Source: a candidate division WWE3 bacterium RIFCSPHIGHO2_01_FULL_40_23 (lineage in GTDB: Bacteria > Patescibacteriota > WWE3 > UBA101185 > 2-01-FULL-41-18). Taken from it: a stretch of 54,622 nucleotides of DNA. Of this stretch, positions 34,823-45,513 are shown in pieces. The stretch spans positions 1-54,622 of the forward strand of contig MEUZ01000001.1 of assembly GCA_001772615.1 (NCBI GenBank). The letters are read 5' to 3'. The stretch's first letter is position 1. Each line of letters opens with the position of its first letter. The position numbers were made by a program, and so were the translations under genes. The notes below the pieces were generated by a model, which was not told the DNA's origin, did no database searches, and saw only the letters and a list, made by a program, of their open reading frames with translations.

Positions 34823-34838
34823 TTTCTCGGAACTATCC

Positions 34839-35471
34839 TTAACTAAATCTTTTCTTAAGTCCAAGTCCCGTTATAATCATTCCCAATCCGTATAAAGTCA
34901 TAGGAATAGTCTGTTCAGGTCCTGTTTTAGGAAGTTCCTTGACGGCCTTTCCGAAGCAGACTGAAGCTGAATCACTCTTTTTATCTTTATCGCCGTCTTC
35001 ATCAATGTCAGCCTCAACCTTGGCTACGTTAGTTACGCACTCCGCTACTCCAGACTTAAATTCGCTGTCTTTGACTTTGGCTTTTATGTAAATGACAATT
35101 TTTTTGTCATTGCCATTGTCAATTCTCTCAAATTTCTGTGTTAAGTCGCCTTCTATAAGCTCAAGTTCATCAGGAAGTATATCCTTGAACTCAAGATCTT
35201 CTATGTCAACGTCGCCTGTGTTTTTGATCGTGATCTTAAAGGTTATAATATCGCCTTTGTCGGCGTTGACGCTTTCGGAAAAGCTTCCCGAATCGCCTAT
35301 TCTTACAACCTTTTCTATATCAAGACCTCTGTCGCATTCAAGACCGCCTCCGTAAGTTCTTTCACAAGAGTTAGCAAATATAACTTTGTTCATAAATACC
35401 ATACCTGCTACCGAAAGAACTATAAAAGTAGATATACCGAGTATTAACTTTTTAGTATATGTATTAAACAT
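34839..35471 (-). CDS. DUF11-like repeat protein with C-terminal LPxTG sorting signal
   Basis: Signal peptide; KGDIITFKITIKNTG...D.LP..L (DUF11-like); LPKTG then hydrophobic stretch then KKRF. Confidence 0.88.
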   Translation of the reverse strand: MFNTYTKKLILGISTFIVLSVAGMVFMNKVIFANSCERTYGGGLECDRGLDIEKVVRIGDSGSFSESVNADKGDIITFKITIKNTGDVDIEDLEFKDILPDELELIEGDLTQKFERIDNGNDKKIVIYIKAKVKDSEFKSGVAECVTNVAKVEADIDEDGDKDKKSDSASVCFGKAVKELPKTGPEQTIPMTLYGLGMIITGLGLKKRFS

Positions 35472-35639
35472 AAGTTTAATCTCCCCTCCTTTGAATTAGA
35501 TACTAAGATAAGGGTACTGGGATCTAGCTGAAAACGGCTCATTTTAATACTAAATAGGTTTAACCGCGCTCTAGATGCCAATACCCTTAGCTCACTAGTA
35601 AAGTGTTTAAGCAGGACAATGCTTTATTTGGACAGGGGA

Positions 35640-35677
35640 ATTATATAGGACAACCACCCTTTTGTCAAGGCTATAGG
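35640..35677 (-). promoter_or_regulatory. sigma70 promoter with CCTATAG
   Basis: CCTATAG-cc-TTGACA-17-TATAAT. Confidence 0.75.
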
Positions 35678-35769
35678 GTTTACTGCCAAACAAGGTGTTT
35701 CAACCTTTGATAAAGCAAAAAAGAGGGCGGGTGAAAGAAGCTTGTTAGCCTCAACCACCCGCCAGGAAT

Positions 35770-37020
35770 TTATGGCTTAGAAACAAGGGGGAGGAAAATC
35801 TTAGCCCAATTCTTTTCGCGGATTCCTAAAAGCGTGAACCCAGACCAATTAGGCTGTATCTCCCACTTCGCACCCGTTGACCAGACCATTTCATCCCTCA
35901 CAAAGTTCACAATGGATGAGGAATAGCCGCCACCCGTAAGCGTGTATTCAACGCTCACACCACTCTTGGTTGCAAGCTCATGCCTCACTAAACCCACTGG
36001 TGCATGCTCCGGTTTAAAGCTGGCCAATTCGTCTTGATAAAGGACCTGGTCTCCAATCCAGTGAACCTTAACTGTGGTGGTTATCGTATCATTGCTGATT
36101 ACGAAATTCCCCACGGTGGTTCCCTGAAGTGAGTAAAGCCCAATGTCGAAGAGCCAGTTGTAAGGGGTGGCCAGGTCTCCTTCAACTGTAGCCGCTGCAC
36201 TATTCACCTTAACAGAGCTGTTCGAGCAAATCCCAATCTTAGCTCCATCAAAGTAAATCACCAACTCCATCGCCGGCCCGCAGTTCATGCGAGGAGCTTG
36301 CGTAGGCGTCGGAGTGACTGTAGGTGGCAACGTTGGACTCGGTGCGACCGTTGGCGGGGGTGTTGCAGTTTCGGTGGGCGTAGCAGTGGTTGTTGCCGTC
36401 GCAGTAGGAGTTACATTCCAATCCTTCCTGCGAATGCCCAACAGGCTGTAATGACCCCAAATCGGCTCTGTACCCCATTCCACACCGTTTGGCCAAACGG
36501 TTTCATACTGAAACCAATCTTGCAGGGGCGAATCGTACCCTCCCCCGACAGTTGTGTATTCATCATACACACCCTGGGTGGAGGTAATCGCGTGCCTCAC
36601 GAGACCAACCGCGTTCCCATGCTGTGGATCAATCGTAATGAGGTCATCGCTGTAAACAGCAGTTGCCTCAATCCAGTTAACCCTCACTGTCGTTGTGATT
36701 AGGGCATTCTGGACAATGAAAGGTCCAACAAACATAATGCCTGGTTCCTTGGGGATAAGAATCCGCCAGTTGTACGGAGTTGACGGGTCGTCCTCGATCA
36801 AGGCCAAAATTCCATTGACCCTGACCTGCGTGCTTGAGCACACCCCAAGGTAATTCCCGTCATAGTATCCAAGCAACGGCAGGTTCACTCCCCCACAGTT
36901 GTTGGGCGTGAACGTAGGGGTAGCCGTAATGTCCAAAAGATCGGATGCATACCCCCGATTTGACACGACCCCCAAGGTAAGAACAACCCCAACTAGAATT
37001 GAGGCCATCTTTTTCTTCAT
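35770..37020 (-). CDS. Secreted protein with two tandem homologous ~155-aa domains, a PT linker and a C-terminal IFLPLV motif
   Basis: Signal peptide; repeats ...TPYNW...ITTTV.V.W...VGLVRH...GGGY...LLGIR.K.W; Pro/Thr linker. Confidence 0.85.
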   Translation of the reverse strand: MKKKMASILVGVVLTLGVVSNRGYASDLLDITATPTFTPNNCGGVNLPLLGYYDGNYLGVCSSTQVRVNGILALIEDDPSTPYNWRILIPKEPGIMFVGPFIVQNALITTTVRVNWIEATAVYSDDLITIDPQHGNAVGLVRHAITSTQGVYDEYTTVGGGYDSPLQDWFQYETVWPNGVEWGTEPIWGHYSLLGIRRKDWNVTPTATATTTATPTETATPPPTVAPSPTLPPTVTPTPTQAPRMNCGPAMELVIYFDGAKIGICSNSSVKVNSAAATVEGDLATPYNWLFDIGLYSLQGTTVGNFVISNDTITTTVKVHWIGDQVLYQDELASFKPEHAPVGLVRHELATKSGVSVEYTLTGGGYSSSIVNFVRDEMVWSTGAKWEIQPNWSGFTLLGIREKNWAKIFLPLVSKP

Positions 37021-37158
37021 TGCCTTCTCCTTATGATTTCTGGTTTTAGTTTGGCCTATAGTATAACATGTTTAACTAGTATTAACAAGGCTACTATTAA
37101 CCACAAGGTTACGCACTGGCCTATTTCGTTCTATAATTACGAGGTGATAAATAAAGAG

Positions 37159-38337
37159 ATGAAAGTGCTCCTCGTCCTCCCCTTCTTCCACCCCCATACC
37201 GGTGGAAGTCAGAAATATGCAGAAGAGCTGTACACAACCCTCATGAATAATCACCCTGAAGTTAAGGTTGATGTTCTTTGCTACAACTCTGATAGAGCCA
37301 AATCCTTTGAGGTATACAGAAACATGAATGTTTACAGAATCCCCTGCTTAACATTAATACCTGCAAGATTTCTATTACCTGAACCCTTTCATCTTATCAG
37401 CCTGCTCATTAAACTATCCAAAAACAGGTATAACTTCATACACACCCACGTAAGATTTTTTGATCCGGTGTGGTGGGGATATGTCTACGCCAAAATGATC
37501 AAGGCCAAAAGTATATTTACAGGCCACGTCTCTTCTCATCCTGTACATCAAAATAAATTAGTTGAGTTAGTTGCCAAAATAATTGATTTAACAATAGCAA
37601 GATTGTCAGTAAGCCGGTATGACTATGTAACTTTCGTCAGCCAGGCAACAGCAGACTTTTTTAAAAGTTCTTTACATTTTACTAAGAGTTACATATTACT
37701 ACACAACAGCGTGCACTCGGAGAACTTTAAAAAACAGGAAAATAGAAACAGTAGAGTTATACCCAAATCAGACGCCACACTAACAAGCAATAACATACTG
37801 ATCACTTATGCAGGGCGCTTAATCTGGACAAAAGGAGTTACCTTATTGTATGAGGCCGCCAAAGAAATTCTAAAAAACGATGAATTCAAACATACCCATT
37901 TCGCATTTGCCGGTCCGGGAGAATTGGAAAAAGAGCTTGAAGCAAGAATCGCAAACGACGAATTGAGTAAAAAAGTTACCTTAACAGGCTCTTTAGACTA
38001 TAACAAAGTCCAAAAACTCTTATCTGTAACTGATATATTCGTAAACCCTTCTCATCACAACGAGGGATTACCAACCACTATCTTGGAGGCGGGTGCAAGT
38101 GAGTGCTTCGTTATAGCAACGGACAACGGCGGAACAAGGGAAGCTGTAATAAATAATGAAACGGGTCTTCTTATTCCCCAAAAAGACCAAAATAGCTTAT
38201 ATCAAAGCATAGTCTGGGCTATAAGAAACGAAAGTGAAAGGATGAAAATGGCCTCTAATTTGAAAACCAAAATACAAAAAGAATTTGACTGGAACAAAAC
38301 TTCAGAGAAGCTCTACAATGAGATCCTTAAACACTAA
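37159..38337 (+). CDS. Glycosyltransferase family 4 (GT-B)
   Basis: PFFHPHTGG N-terminus; DIFVNPS...EGLPT..LEA.A.....IATD.GG..E. Start placed at 37159 after GAGGTG. Confidence 0.95.
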   Translation: MKVLLVLPFFHPHTGGSQKYAEELYTTLMNNHPEVKVDVLCYNSDRAKSFEVYRNMNVYRIPCLTLIPARFLLPEPFHLISLLIKLSKNRYNFIHTHVRFFDPVWWGYVYAKMIKAKSIFTGHVSSHPVHQNKLVELVAKIIDLTIARLSVSRYDYVTFVSQATADFFKSSLHFTKSYILLHNSVHSENFKKQENRNSRVIPKSDATLTSNNILITYAGRLIWTKGVTLLYEAAKEILKNDEFKHTHFAFAGPGELEKELEARIANDELSKKVTLTGSLDYNKVQKLLSVTDIFVNPSHHNEGLPTTILEAGASECFVIATDNGGTREAVINNETGLLIPQKDQNSLYQSIVWAIRNESERMKMASNLKTKIQKEFDWNKTSEKLYNEILKH

Positions 38338-38341
38338 CAGT

Positions 38342-39100
38342 TTACCTTAGCAATACAGGAAATTGCTTAACCGAATTCACAAACTTAAGCCCATACTGAT
38401 ATACAAGGTTATCTTGGGTGAACCTTCTCTCAAGAATATAAAACAAATGGTTAAAGCCCGTTTTCCATATCATTTGTTTGCTCGGCTCTTCCTCTCTCAC
38501 AAAATGATCAATATGATACTCGGAAAACTTTATTTCTTTATTAGCAAGGGCCGATATTTTTATTTCAGGAGAAAGATTCCAATCCCCCATTCTAAGCTTA
38601 AGTTTATTTACAGCGCTTTTTCTAACGCACCACATTCCAGTTAATATATCCTTGATAGCCTTTCCATAGAGAATAAAAGTTTCAAGGTTTAATATAAAGA
38701 TACCAAGTTGTCTGGTTTTTGATATAGCTTTTGGGTTTTTTAAGGGAAGTCTGTTGCACGAAACAAAATCAAGATCCTCCCTTTCCATTTTAAGGACTAT
38801 CTTTTCAATTTCCTTAACAGGATAAGTGTTATCTCCATCTACAGCAAAAATATAGTCGCCGGTTGCATGCCTTAAACCCATCATATGGGCATATCCATAA
38901 CCGATACCATTCAATTTTCTATTTTCATGAAGAACAGCGGCACCTGCTTTTCTAGCCACTTCAGAAGTATTGTCTGTAGAACCATTATCAACCACAATAA
39001 TTTGATCCACGTATGAAGGGACCGCTTTTACAGTCCTTCCAATAACTCTTTGTTCATTTTTACAGGGTATTACTATAGAGATCTTCTTTCCTAGAATCAT
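38342..39100 (-). CDS. Glycosyltransferase family 2 (polyprenol-phosphate hexose synthase-like)
   Basis: IVIPCKNE...VVDNGSTD...G.GY......D.D.TYP. Confidence 0.95.
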   Translation of the reverse strand: MILGKKISIVIPCKNEQRVIGRTVKAVPSYVDQIIVVDNGSTDNTSEVARKAGAAVLHENRKLNGIGYGYAHMMGLRHATGDYIFAVDGDNTYPVKEIEKIVLKMEREDLDFVSCNRLPLKNPKAISKTRQLGIFILNLETFILYGKAIKDILTGMWCVRKSAVNKLKLRMGDWNLSPEIKISALANKEIKFSEYHIDHFVREEEPSKQMIWKTGFNHLFYILERRFTQDNLVYQYGLKFVNSVKQFPVLLR

Positions 39101-39125
39101 AGGTTAAACTCCTCTCTAACTAAGC

Positions 39126-39154
39126 ATTATACTATACACTATAGGTTCTGTAAA
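39126..39154 (-). promoter_or_regulatory. sigma70 promoter with CCTATAG in the spacer
   Basis: TTTACA-17-TATAAT. Confidence 0.65.
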
Positions 39155-39282
39155 GGTTTTTGAGGGCTGCCAGAATTGATTACACCTAAAGGCAAAAACC
39201 AGCCGCGCATTAACAAAAAACACTTAAATATATAACCACTAAAGAGTTTTCTGTATACTTAAACTTATATGGAAGGCTTATT

Positions 39283-40095
39283 ATGAGGAAGAAAAATCAG
39301 ATATTCCCCTTGACATTATTAATTTTAGCGCTAATCTACAGCTTTTATGGAGTTACTACCCCACCCGACGCATATATCTCAAAAAAGATTGGAAAATATA
39401 AAATTAGACCTTACAAGTACGGCATATATATAACCGATTCACCTTCAGGGATTTTCTATAATTTCTCCCCTTATTACTCTTACTTCACAGACAATAGAGG
39501 CATAAAAAATTACCTTCTTTACTTTGACGAAGAAGTTCCAAGTGAAGAATATAAGATTAGGAATGATCCATTTCTACCCAAGATTACATCAATTTTAAGT
39601 TATTTCAACCTAATCAACCCCTCCGCTACTTTTAAATCTAAAAACACGGAGGTAAAGTTAACTTCCTCAAGCAGTAGGAACCAGCTTGTTCTTAAGTTAG
39701 ATAAATTCAGAGACAAAAACCGTAAGCCCCAGACCATACCGGTTCTCGCTCTTACTGTTAATGAAAGTGACTTTATTTTTGATGACAGAGGAAAACTTCT
39801 TTCTCCTAAAGCCGAAGACGATATACAGGAATTCCATAGAACCTATAACATTCTTCTTCACAATCAAGAGGAAAGTTCAGAAAGTGCTAAAGGGCCGACA
39901 AAGCCCAGTTACATCTTTATCTTCAATCCCAGAACTTCAGGCATCTTAAGAACTACAAACTCAAAGAAAGATGCCTTAATTACTTTAGATAACCAAAAGC
40001 ACAGACTATACTTTGAGGGCGTTAGCACCAAACCTGAAATAATACTGGAACTTTTTGATACAGTTGGCGACGCAATCTCAACAACATATGATTGA
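39283..40095 (+). CDS. Hypothetical membrane-anchored protein
   Basis: N-terminal TM; GGAAGG SD; stop overlaps the next start. Confidence 0.75.
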   Translation: MRKKNQIFPLTLLILALIYSFYGVTTPPDAYISKKIGKYKIRPYKYGIYITDSPSGIFYNFSPYYSYFTDNRGIKNYLLYFDEEVPSEEYKIRNDPFLPKITSILSYFNLINPSATFKSKNTEVKLTSSSSRNQLVLKLDKFRDKNRKPQTIPVLALTVNESDFIFDDRGKLLSPKAEDDIQEFHRTYNILLHNQEESSESAKGPTKPSYIFIFNPRTSGILRTTNSKKDALITLDNQKHRLYFEGVSTKPEIILELFDTVGDAISTTYD

Positions 40096-41998
40096 ACTAA
40101 CAGCAATAATGTCGGCAGTTCTCTTTTATCTTACCCCCTTCATTTTGGGTTACCCTATCACCCTAAACCTCCCTTTTATCAGACGACACCATAGATCGGA
40201 ATCATATCCTATTGAAATACACAGGCAGATTAATAAACTCTTCATGCTTTTTGAATCTTTTATTTTTGGTAGTTTGATAATATACCTAAGCGCAATCCTA
40301 GTTAATCTAGCGGCAAGATCCAATAATTTCTCCGCAACTTATAAAGAACTTATTATTATAGAAATATTGATATCATTAACCGTAGGGTTAGTACTAACTG
40401 TATCAAAGAGAAATGAGCTTGCCTCCGTAGTAAAGACACTAATAAAACCGCTCTTAATTATCTTCCTCATCTCAACCGTAAGCTACACTGTATGGAGATG
40501 GCAGAGCTCAACACACACAACGCTAAACTGGGACCTCTACGCACACCAGCTAATTGTTGAAAAGATAGCGCTTGGGGAGTTTGACTTCTATACCTCTAAA
40601 TTAACTGATACGTTTGGATTTAATGCCTACCCCACCTTCTTTCATCTGCTTCTGGCTACTCCCCAGATGTTACTAAAACCGGATGTACTTAAATTCTGGT
40701 GGTACCTTGAGTTTTTGCATCTGGCATCTACAGTTTTGGCCTCTTATCTTATTGGGCTGGTAATTACAAAGAGCAGGTGGGTAGGCCTGCTGGCCTCTCT
40801 GATAGGTGGACTGACTTTTGAATCGTTTATGGCCTACACAGGCTATTTTCTTATACCTCAAAATCTCACAGCCACAATAGCGGCAGTATTTATTTCATAT
40901 ATCATTTTCAGATTTGCTAACTCCAACAGCCTCATCGTGCTAAGAACAGTACCCATGGCAATCTACCTTATACTCAATCACTACGTTATAGGGATTGCTG
41001 GTGTTATAGCTTCGTTATTTTCAATGTTTTACCTAAAACCAATCAGAGACTTAAAAATGGAAAAAGCAATAATTACCGCAAGTTTATTACTTCTTCTGCT
41101 GCTTCCAATAGGAGCAAGCAGTATTAACCTTGATTTCCTCAATAGAGGTGAAGCCAAACACTTTAACTTCAGCCCTCTTGAAAAATTCGGTTTCATGAAG
41201 GATTTCTTTGGTTATTTCATGGCAATTTTCGTACCTATAGGAGCAATTTACGCTTTAAGGAAAAGGATTTCCGAATATAATATTTTAAATGTGTTAGCCA
41301 TTAGCCTGTTGGCTGTTGTTATCTCACCGATACCCTACTCTATTAAGTTTTACTCCCTCGCACGCTTTTTTATTAACACTCTGGCAGCTCTTGGGCTCTG
41401 GACATTAATAAAAGACCTCACAATAGTTAACAAGATAATGAGTTACTTGTTGGTATCGTTAACTCTCATCCTAATTCTGACTGTGAACGTGCACATCTTT
41501 AAGCAAACCCCTTCATATGGAGAGATTTACTCGCACGTTTCCCCGAGTGAGATCGACGCCGCCAGCTTTCTAAAAGATCAATACAACAGCAAAAATGTCA
41601 TGCTGATCTCGGAACCTGCAACAATGTTTGTGCTGGAAGGCTTATCTGGAGTTAATTCTCCCGGGGGAGCCTACACGTCCGAGGCTACCAGAAGGACCCT
41701 TTCAAGAATTTATTTAATCCGTAACTCTGAAACTTTAGGTAGAGATCTTTTTGAGATTAAAGACTCAATTTCAACAGATAAGCCGGATAAAATTCTATTC
41801 GCAATAAGCGGAAGGCTTTCGGAATGGGAGCTTTCCGATGAGGAAAGAAGGTTAGGAATTTACTGGAACGTCTGGACCCCAAGGGATATAACACTAAGGG
41901 AGGAGGCATTAGTCACGTTCTTAAAGCAGTATTCAGGTTTCAAAGAGGTGTTTAGAAACCATGGCGTGGTAATACTTGAGCTGGAAAGGCCGATCTGA
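40088..41998 (+). CDS. Polytopic membrane protein, probable GT-C-type glycosyltransferase
   Basis: >12 TM segments; NWD...H and YP.FFHLL motifs; C-terminal periplasmic domain. Confidence 0.75.
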   Translation: MIELTAIMSAVLFYLTPFILGYPITLNLPFIRRHHRSESYPIEIHRQINKLFMLFESFIFGSLIIYLSAILVNLAARSNNFSATYKELIIIEILISLTVGLVLTVSKRNELASVVKTLIKPLLIIFLISTVSYTVWRWQSSTHTTLNWDLYAHQLIVEKIALGEFDFYTSKLTDTFGFNAYPTFFHLLLATPQMLLKPDVLKFWWYLEFLHLASTVLASYLIGLVITKSRWVGLLASLIGGLTFESFMAYTGYFLIPQNLTATIAAVFISYIIFRFANSNSLIVLRTVPMAIYLILNHYVIGIAGVIASLFSMFYLKPIRDLKMEKAIITASLLLLLLLPIGASSINLDFLNRGEAKHFNFSPLEKFGFMKDFFGYFMAIFVPIGAIYALRKRISEYNILNVLAISLLAVVISPIPYSIKFYSLARFFINTLAALGLWTLIKDLTIVNKIMSYLLVSLTLILILTVNVHIFKQTPSYGEIYSHVSPSEIDAASFLKDQYNSKNVMLISEPATMFVLEGLSGVNSPGGAYTSEATRRTLSRIYLIRNSETLGRDLFEIKDSISTDKPDKILFAISGRLSEWELSDEERRLGIYWNVWTPRDITLREEALVTFLKQYSGFKEVFRNHGVVILELERPI

Positions 41999-42018
41999 AA
42001 GAACGCATAATTTACCTG

Positions 42019-43566
42019 TTGTTAATAATATTAATTTTTACCGGCAGTCTAGGATTTCTCCTTCTGAACAAAGCGCCACAGATTTGGGACAGTGCGGCAC
42101 ACATTAATCTTTCCATGCTTTACGCCTATAAAATTAAGGAAGGAAGCTTCAAAGAGTTACTGACACTTTCAGGCTACTACCCCCCACTTCTTCACTTAGC
42201 AGGCGGGTTGTTCTTTATGATATTTCCCAAATTCAATTCTCAATTGTGGTTAATATTCTTCTTTTACTTACTGCTTCTAGTCTTTACTTACAAACTGACA
42301 ATAAGCTTGTACGGGAAGGAAGTAAACAACTTGTCTTTGTTAACCTGCCTGATTCTTAGCTTGTTCCCACAAATATACACACAAACCAGAGTTTTCTTGA
42401 TAGATCTTATGATGACCATGCTTCTTGCCGGAGGCCTTTACTTCCTGCATACATCAAATGGGCTTAAATCCACTGGAAGAAGCTTGGCAGCCTTTACATT
42501 TTTCTCATTGGCCCAACTATCCAAATGGTATGCTTTCATTTTTATGCCCGTACCTATAATTTACGAATTGATTAGAAATAAAGCTAACTTTTCAAGGAAG
42601 GCAGTCGTCAATCTCCTATCGGGTATAGCAGTAATCTTAGTTTTAAACTTACCATGGTATTACTTAAATTATAAGTCTATTCTTTACTACTTCGGCTTCT
42701 TCCAGAAGGGTGAATCAATAGACCCGCAAAGCCTTTTCTCACTTGACGCTCTCTCCGAATACATTAGGTTGGTATCTGTATATGAACTGTATTTTGTTAA
42801 TTTCATAATAATGTTGGTTGGACTTGCCTACCTTCTTGTAAAAAAAGAGACGCACTCGAAGTATTACCTTTTCTCCATACTTTTACCGTTTTTTATTATG
42901 AATTTAATTGTAAACAAAGACTCCAGATTTTTAATGCCGCTTCTTCTCTACTTTGCAGTTATCATTTCAAAGTTGTTTATAAATATCATCCAAAGAAGCA
43001 GGCTTGCAGGAAGCTCGCTTCTTATACTATATCTCACAGTAAATATAACCCTTTACATCTTCACTTCATTTAACCAATTAGGCTATGAACTGCCTGAAAA
43101 CTTAATGTTTATAAGCTATCTCATCTCCGGACCCGTCAAAAAGTACAACTGGGCCAGGTGGAACCCAACCGAGTTTTCGTACCGCACAGATAGCTGGGAG
43201 GTGGATAATGTTTATAACTACATTAAAGAACTTACCGGAAAAAACAGCGCAAAAATACTTTTTGCGGTTGATTACCCGTATTTTAATTCCGTGAACTTTA
43301 ACAGTCTTCAAATTTATGAGAAGTACAGCTACGACGTGCGATTAACCATGCCGGGAGAAAAGTTAGAAGATCTCACAAACTTTGATATCATCTTGACAGC
43401 GGATAAACCGGGGCCTGAAAGTATTTTTATTTACTCGGATATGATAAGGATTAATAAGTTTTTAAAAGAAGAGAGTACAGATTTTACTGATGTTAAGACC
43501 TTTACCCTTCCTAACAACGTAAATGTTTATGTGTACCAAAGATTAGATTTGGAAAATACTCAATAG
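42019..43566 (+). CDS. ArnT/PMT-like (GT39/GT83) membrane glycosyltransferase
   Basis: WDSAAH, YYPPL.H, D..M, K.Y, PWY..N, NKDSRF.MP. Confidence 0.85.
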   Translation: MLIILIFTGSLGFLLLNKAPQIWDSAAHINLSMLYAYKIKEGSFKELLTLSGYYPPLLHLAGGLFFMIFPKFNSQLWLIFFFYLLLLVFTYKLTISLYGKEVNNLSLLTCLILSLFPQIYTQTRVFLIDLMMTMLLAGGLYFLHTSNGLKSTGRSLAAFTFFSLAQLSKWYAFIFMPVPIIYELIRNKANFSRKAVVNLLSGIAVILVLNLPWYYLNYKSILYYFGFFQKGESIDPQSLFSLDALSEYIRLVSVYELYFVNFIIMLVGLAYLLVKKETHSKYYLFSILLPFFIMNLIVNKDSRFLMPLLLYFAVIISKLFINIIQRSRLAGSSLLILYLTVNITLYIFTSFNQLGYELPENLMFISYLISGPVKKYNWARWNPTEFSYRTDSWEVDNVYNYIKELTGKNSAKILFAVDYPYFNSVNFNSLQIYEKYSYDVRLTMPGEKLEDLTNFDIILTADKPGPESIFIYSDMIRINKFLKEESTDFTDVKTFTLPNNVNVYVYQRLDLENTQ

Positions 43567-43651
43567 AAACAATTTTAAAAAAGAAAAAGCGCGGAAGTTT
43601 CGGTTAAGAAAATTCCGCGCTAGTTTGCGCTTGCCGGAGTGTCCAGCTAAT

Positions 43652-44605
43652 TTACTTGCATTTAGCGTACATCACATCCGGTTCGCGCACCCCATGTTCC
43701 GCAGCCGGCCCCCATTGACCTTGCCCCCATTTCGCGTTGGTCTTGGAGCCGGCTTCGTTCACGAAATTGACTTTGATATCAACCCCGGGAACGATCTGGA
43801 AGCTGGTACCCTTGCAAATCGGCCCGTCATCGTACTGGACCAATGCGTAGGTACCCTTTTGAACGCCCCAGAAAGCAACCCCACGAGCCGCCGGACCGCA
43901 GTTTTGCTGCTTCCAGCCGCAGTTGAAGAGCTGGGCGTAGGTGTCATGGGTAACGGTGGCGCCACCGAGGCGGGACTCAACGTACGGGAACGTTGCGTAG
44001 CGAAGCTGCAACGTCACCGTAACCCCGGGCTCGAGCTCAAAGGCCACGCAGTCCACGTTGTGGACCCCGGCCTTCCCATTGAGCTCCGACAACCCGAAGG
44101 GAACGTCCCAGAGGCACGTGACGTGGTTACCCCTATCGTCCGTGCGCTCAAGGATAAACTTCCCCGGAGGGTCGGTCTTCTCGGGAGCAGTCACCACAGC
44201 GCCGGGGATGACCTTCCACGGCCAGTCGTCCGTGACCTTGACCATGATAAACCCGTTCACCGGATCCATCTGATAGGTTCCGGTGACGACCAAAGCCGGA
44301 GCCGTGGGCGCAGCGGTCGGGGTGGGGATAGCCATAGGCGCGACGCGGGCCGTCTCGGTGACGGGGTCCGCGGCCGCGATGCCGGGGCCAGCACCCTCGG
44401 TGCCGACGGTGTCGGTGATCACCTCGGCCGCCGGGGCATCTGCGGGGGCGGGCTCGGCGCGGAGGGGCTCACCGCTGGTGAGCTCCGCGAGCTGGGCCCG
44501 AACGGCCTGGCCGCCCGGGGCGTTCCAGGCCACAGCCCCCACGCCGCAGAGGAAAACGGCTGCGATCAGGGCGATGACCGCCCAGATCCAAGTATTAGTG
44601 CGCAT
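43652..44605 (-). CDS. GC-rich secreted/membrane-anchored protein with an Ala/Pro/Thr linker
   Basis: AAAGGAG SD, N-terminal TM, Cys-containing beta-rich domains, terminator at 43586-43621. Confidence 0.8.
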   Translation of the reverse strand: MRTNTWIWAVIALIAAVFLCGVGAVAWNAPGGQAVRAQLAELTSGEPLRAEPAPADAPAAEVITDTVGTEGAGPGIAAADPVTETARVAPMAIPTPTAAPTAPALVVTGTYQMDPVNGFIMVKVTDDWPWKVIPGAVVTAPEKTDPPGKFILERTDDRGNHVTCLWDVPFGLSELNGKAGVHNVDCVAFELEPGVTVTLQLRYATFPYVESRLGGATVTHDTYAQLFNCGWKQQNCGPAARGVAFWGVQKGTYALVQYDDGPICKGTSFQIVPGVDIKVNFVNEAGSKTNAKWGQGQWGPAAEHGVREPDVMYAKCK

Positions 44606-44727
44606 TTTGTTCTCCTTTCTATAGAGAATTGAAAAAAGTAGAGTGGCAGCGCTACCACACTACTCCTCCGCCAAGTATTTGTTGGCGAATAGTCCCGATC
44701 TTCTGGGCTTTTATAAGGGTTGAGGAT

Positions 44728-44799
44728 GTCATTCTGGCGAAAGCCAGAATCTAGATCCCGGATCATGTCCTTGCCTTCGGCAAGGAGGTCCGGGATGAC
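44728..44799. repeat. REP-like cluster with nested insert
   Basis: GTCATTCTGGCGAAAGCCAGAATCT, then GATCCCGGATCATG[TCCTTGCCTTCGGCAAGGAGG]TCCGGGATGAC. Confidence 0.85.
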
Positions 44800-44991
44800 A
44801 AGGAAAACCTTATAGAAGCCCAAAAGCTTGATAAAAGGAGTTTGTTACAGAAAACGGGATGAAAAGTATGTAATGACCCTTCTTCGCCAAGGCTACGAAG
44901 GGTAACTCATTCTAACGCGTGCTACGCGAAGAACGAGTAATAGGAAGGAACAGGTTACTCTTTGTGAGAAATAACCTGCTCCTTCTAAAGT

Positions 44992-45513
44992 CTAGCCCTT
45001 GTCCTTCTTTTGCCGGCGGAAACGTTCGGGTTGGGGCAAAAAGAACCAACCCATCACGAACGCGATAATGCCGCCGACTGCCTCGAACAACGCGTAACCG
45101 CGACCGAGGCGCTCGGGCTCCCCTCCAGTGATCAGATCCATGACATTCGCCAAGATGTTATAGGCGAAGTCGAAGGGGGTGATTCGGATCCAGCCAATGA
45201 AGCCCGAGATTACATCAAAAGCCCAAATCACTCCAATCACCTTGGCCCAGTTCCAGTCGCGGCGGAACCAGCCCCAGATGACCCCCCAAAGGGTAGCCAA
45301 GAGATCTTTCAAAGTGCTGATCTCCTTGGGCGCGGCTGGGGGTGGGGTCGTGGGGCGGGTGGCGGGGGCGGGCTGCGAAGCGGCGGGAGCTTCCTCACCA
45401 CCGTTGCCCCTGGCTTCTTCCAATACCACAACCTCCGCCTTGGGCGTGGTGGCTTCACCGGGTTGAGCCAGACCGGCCTCTACCAGGAGCGCATTCAGAT
45501 CAATTCCTTCCAT
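44992..45513 (-). CDS. GC-rich membrane protein with a Pro/Ala-rich N-terminal linker
   Basis: GGAGG SD; two hydrophobic segments. Confidence 0.75.
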   Translation of the reverse strand: MEGIDLNALLVEAGLAQPGEATTPKAEVVVLEEARGNGGEEAPAASQPAPATRPTTPPPAAPKEISTLKDLLATLWGVIWGWFRRDWNWAKVIGVIWAFDVISGFIGWIRITPFDFAYNILANVMDLITGGEPERLGRGYALFEAVGGIIAFVMGWFFLPQPERFRRQKKDKG

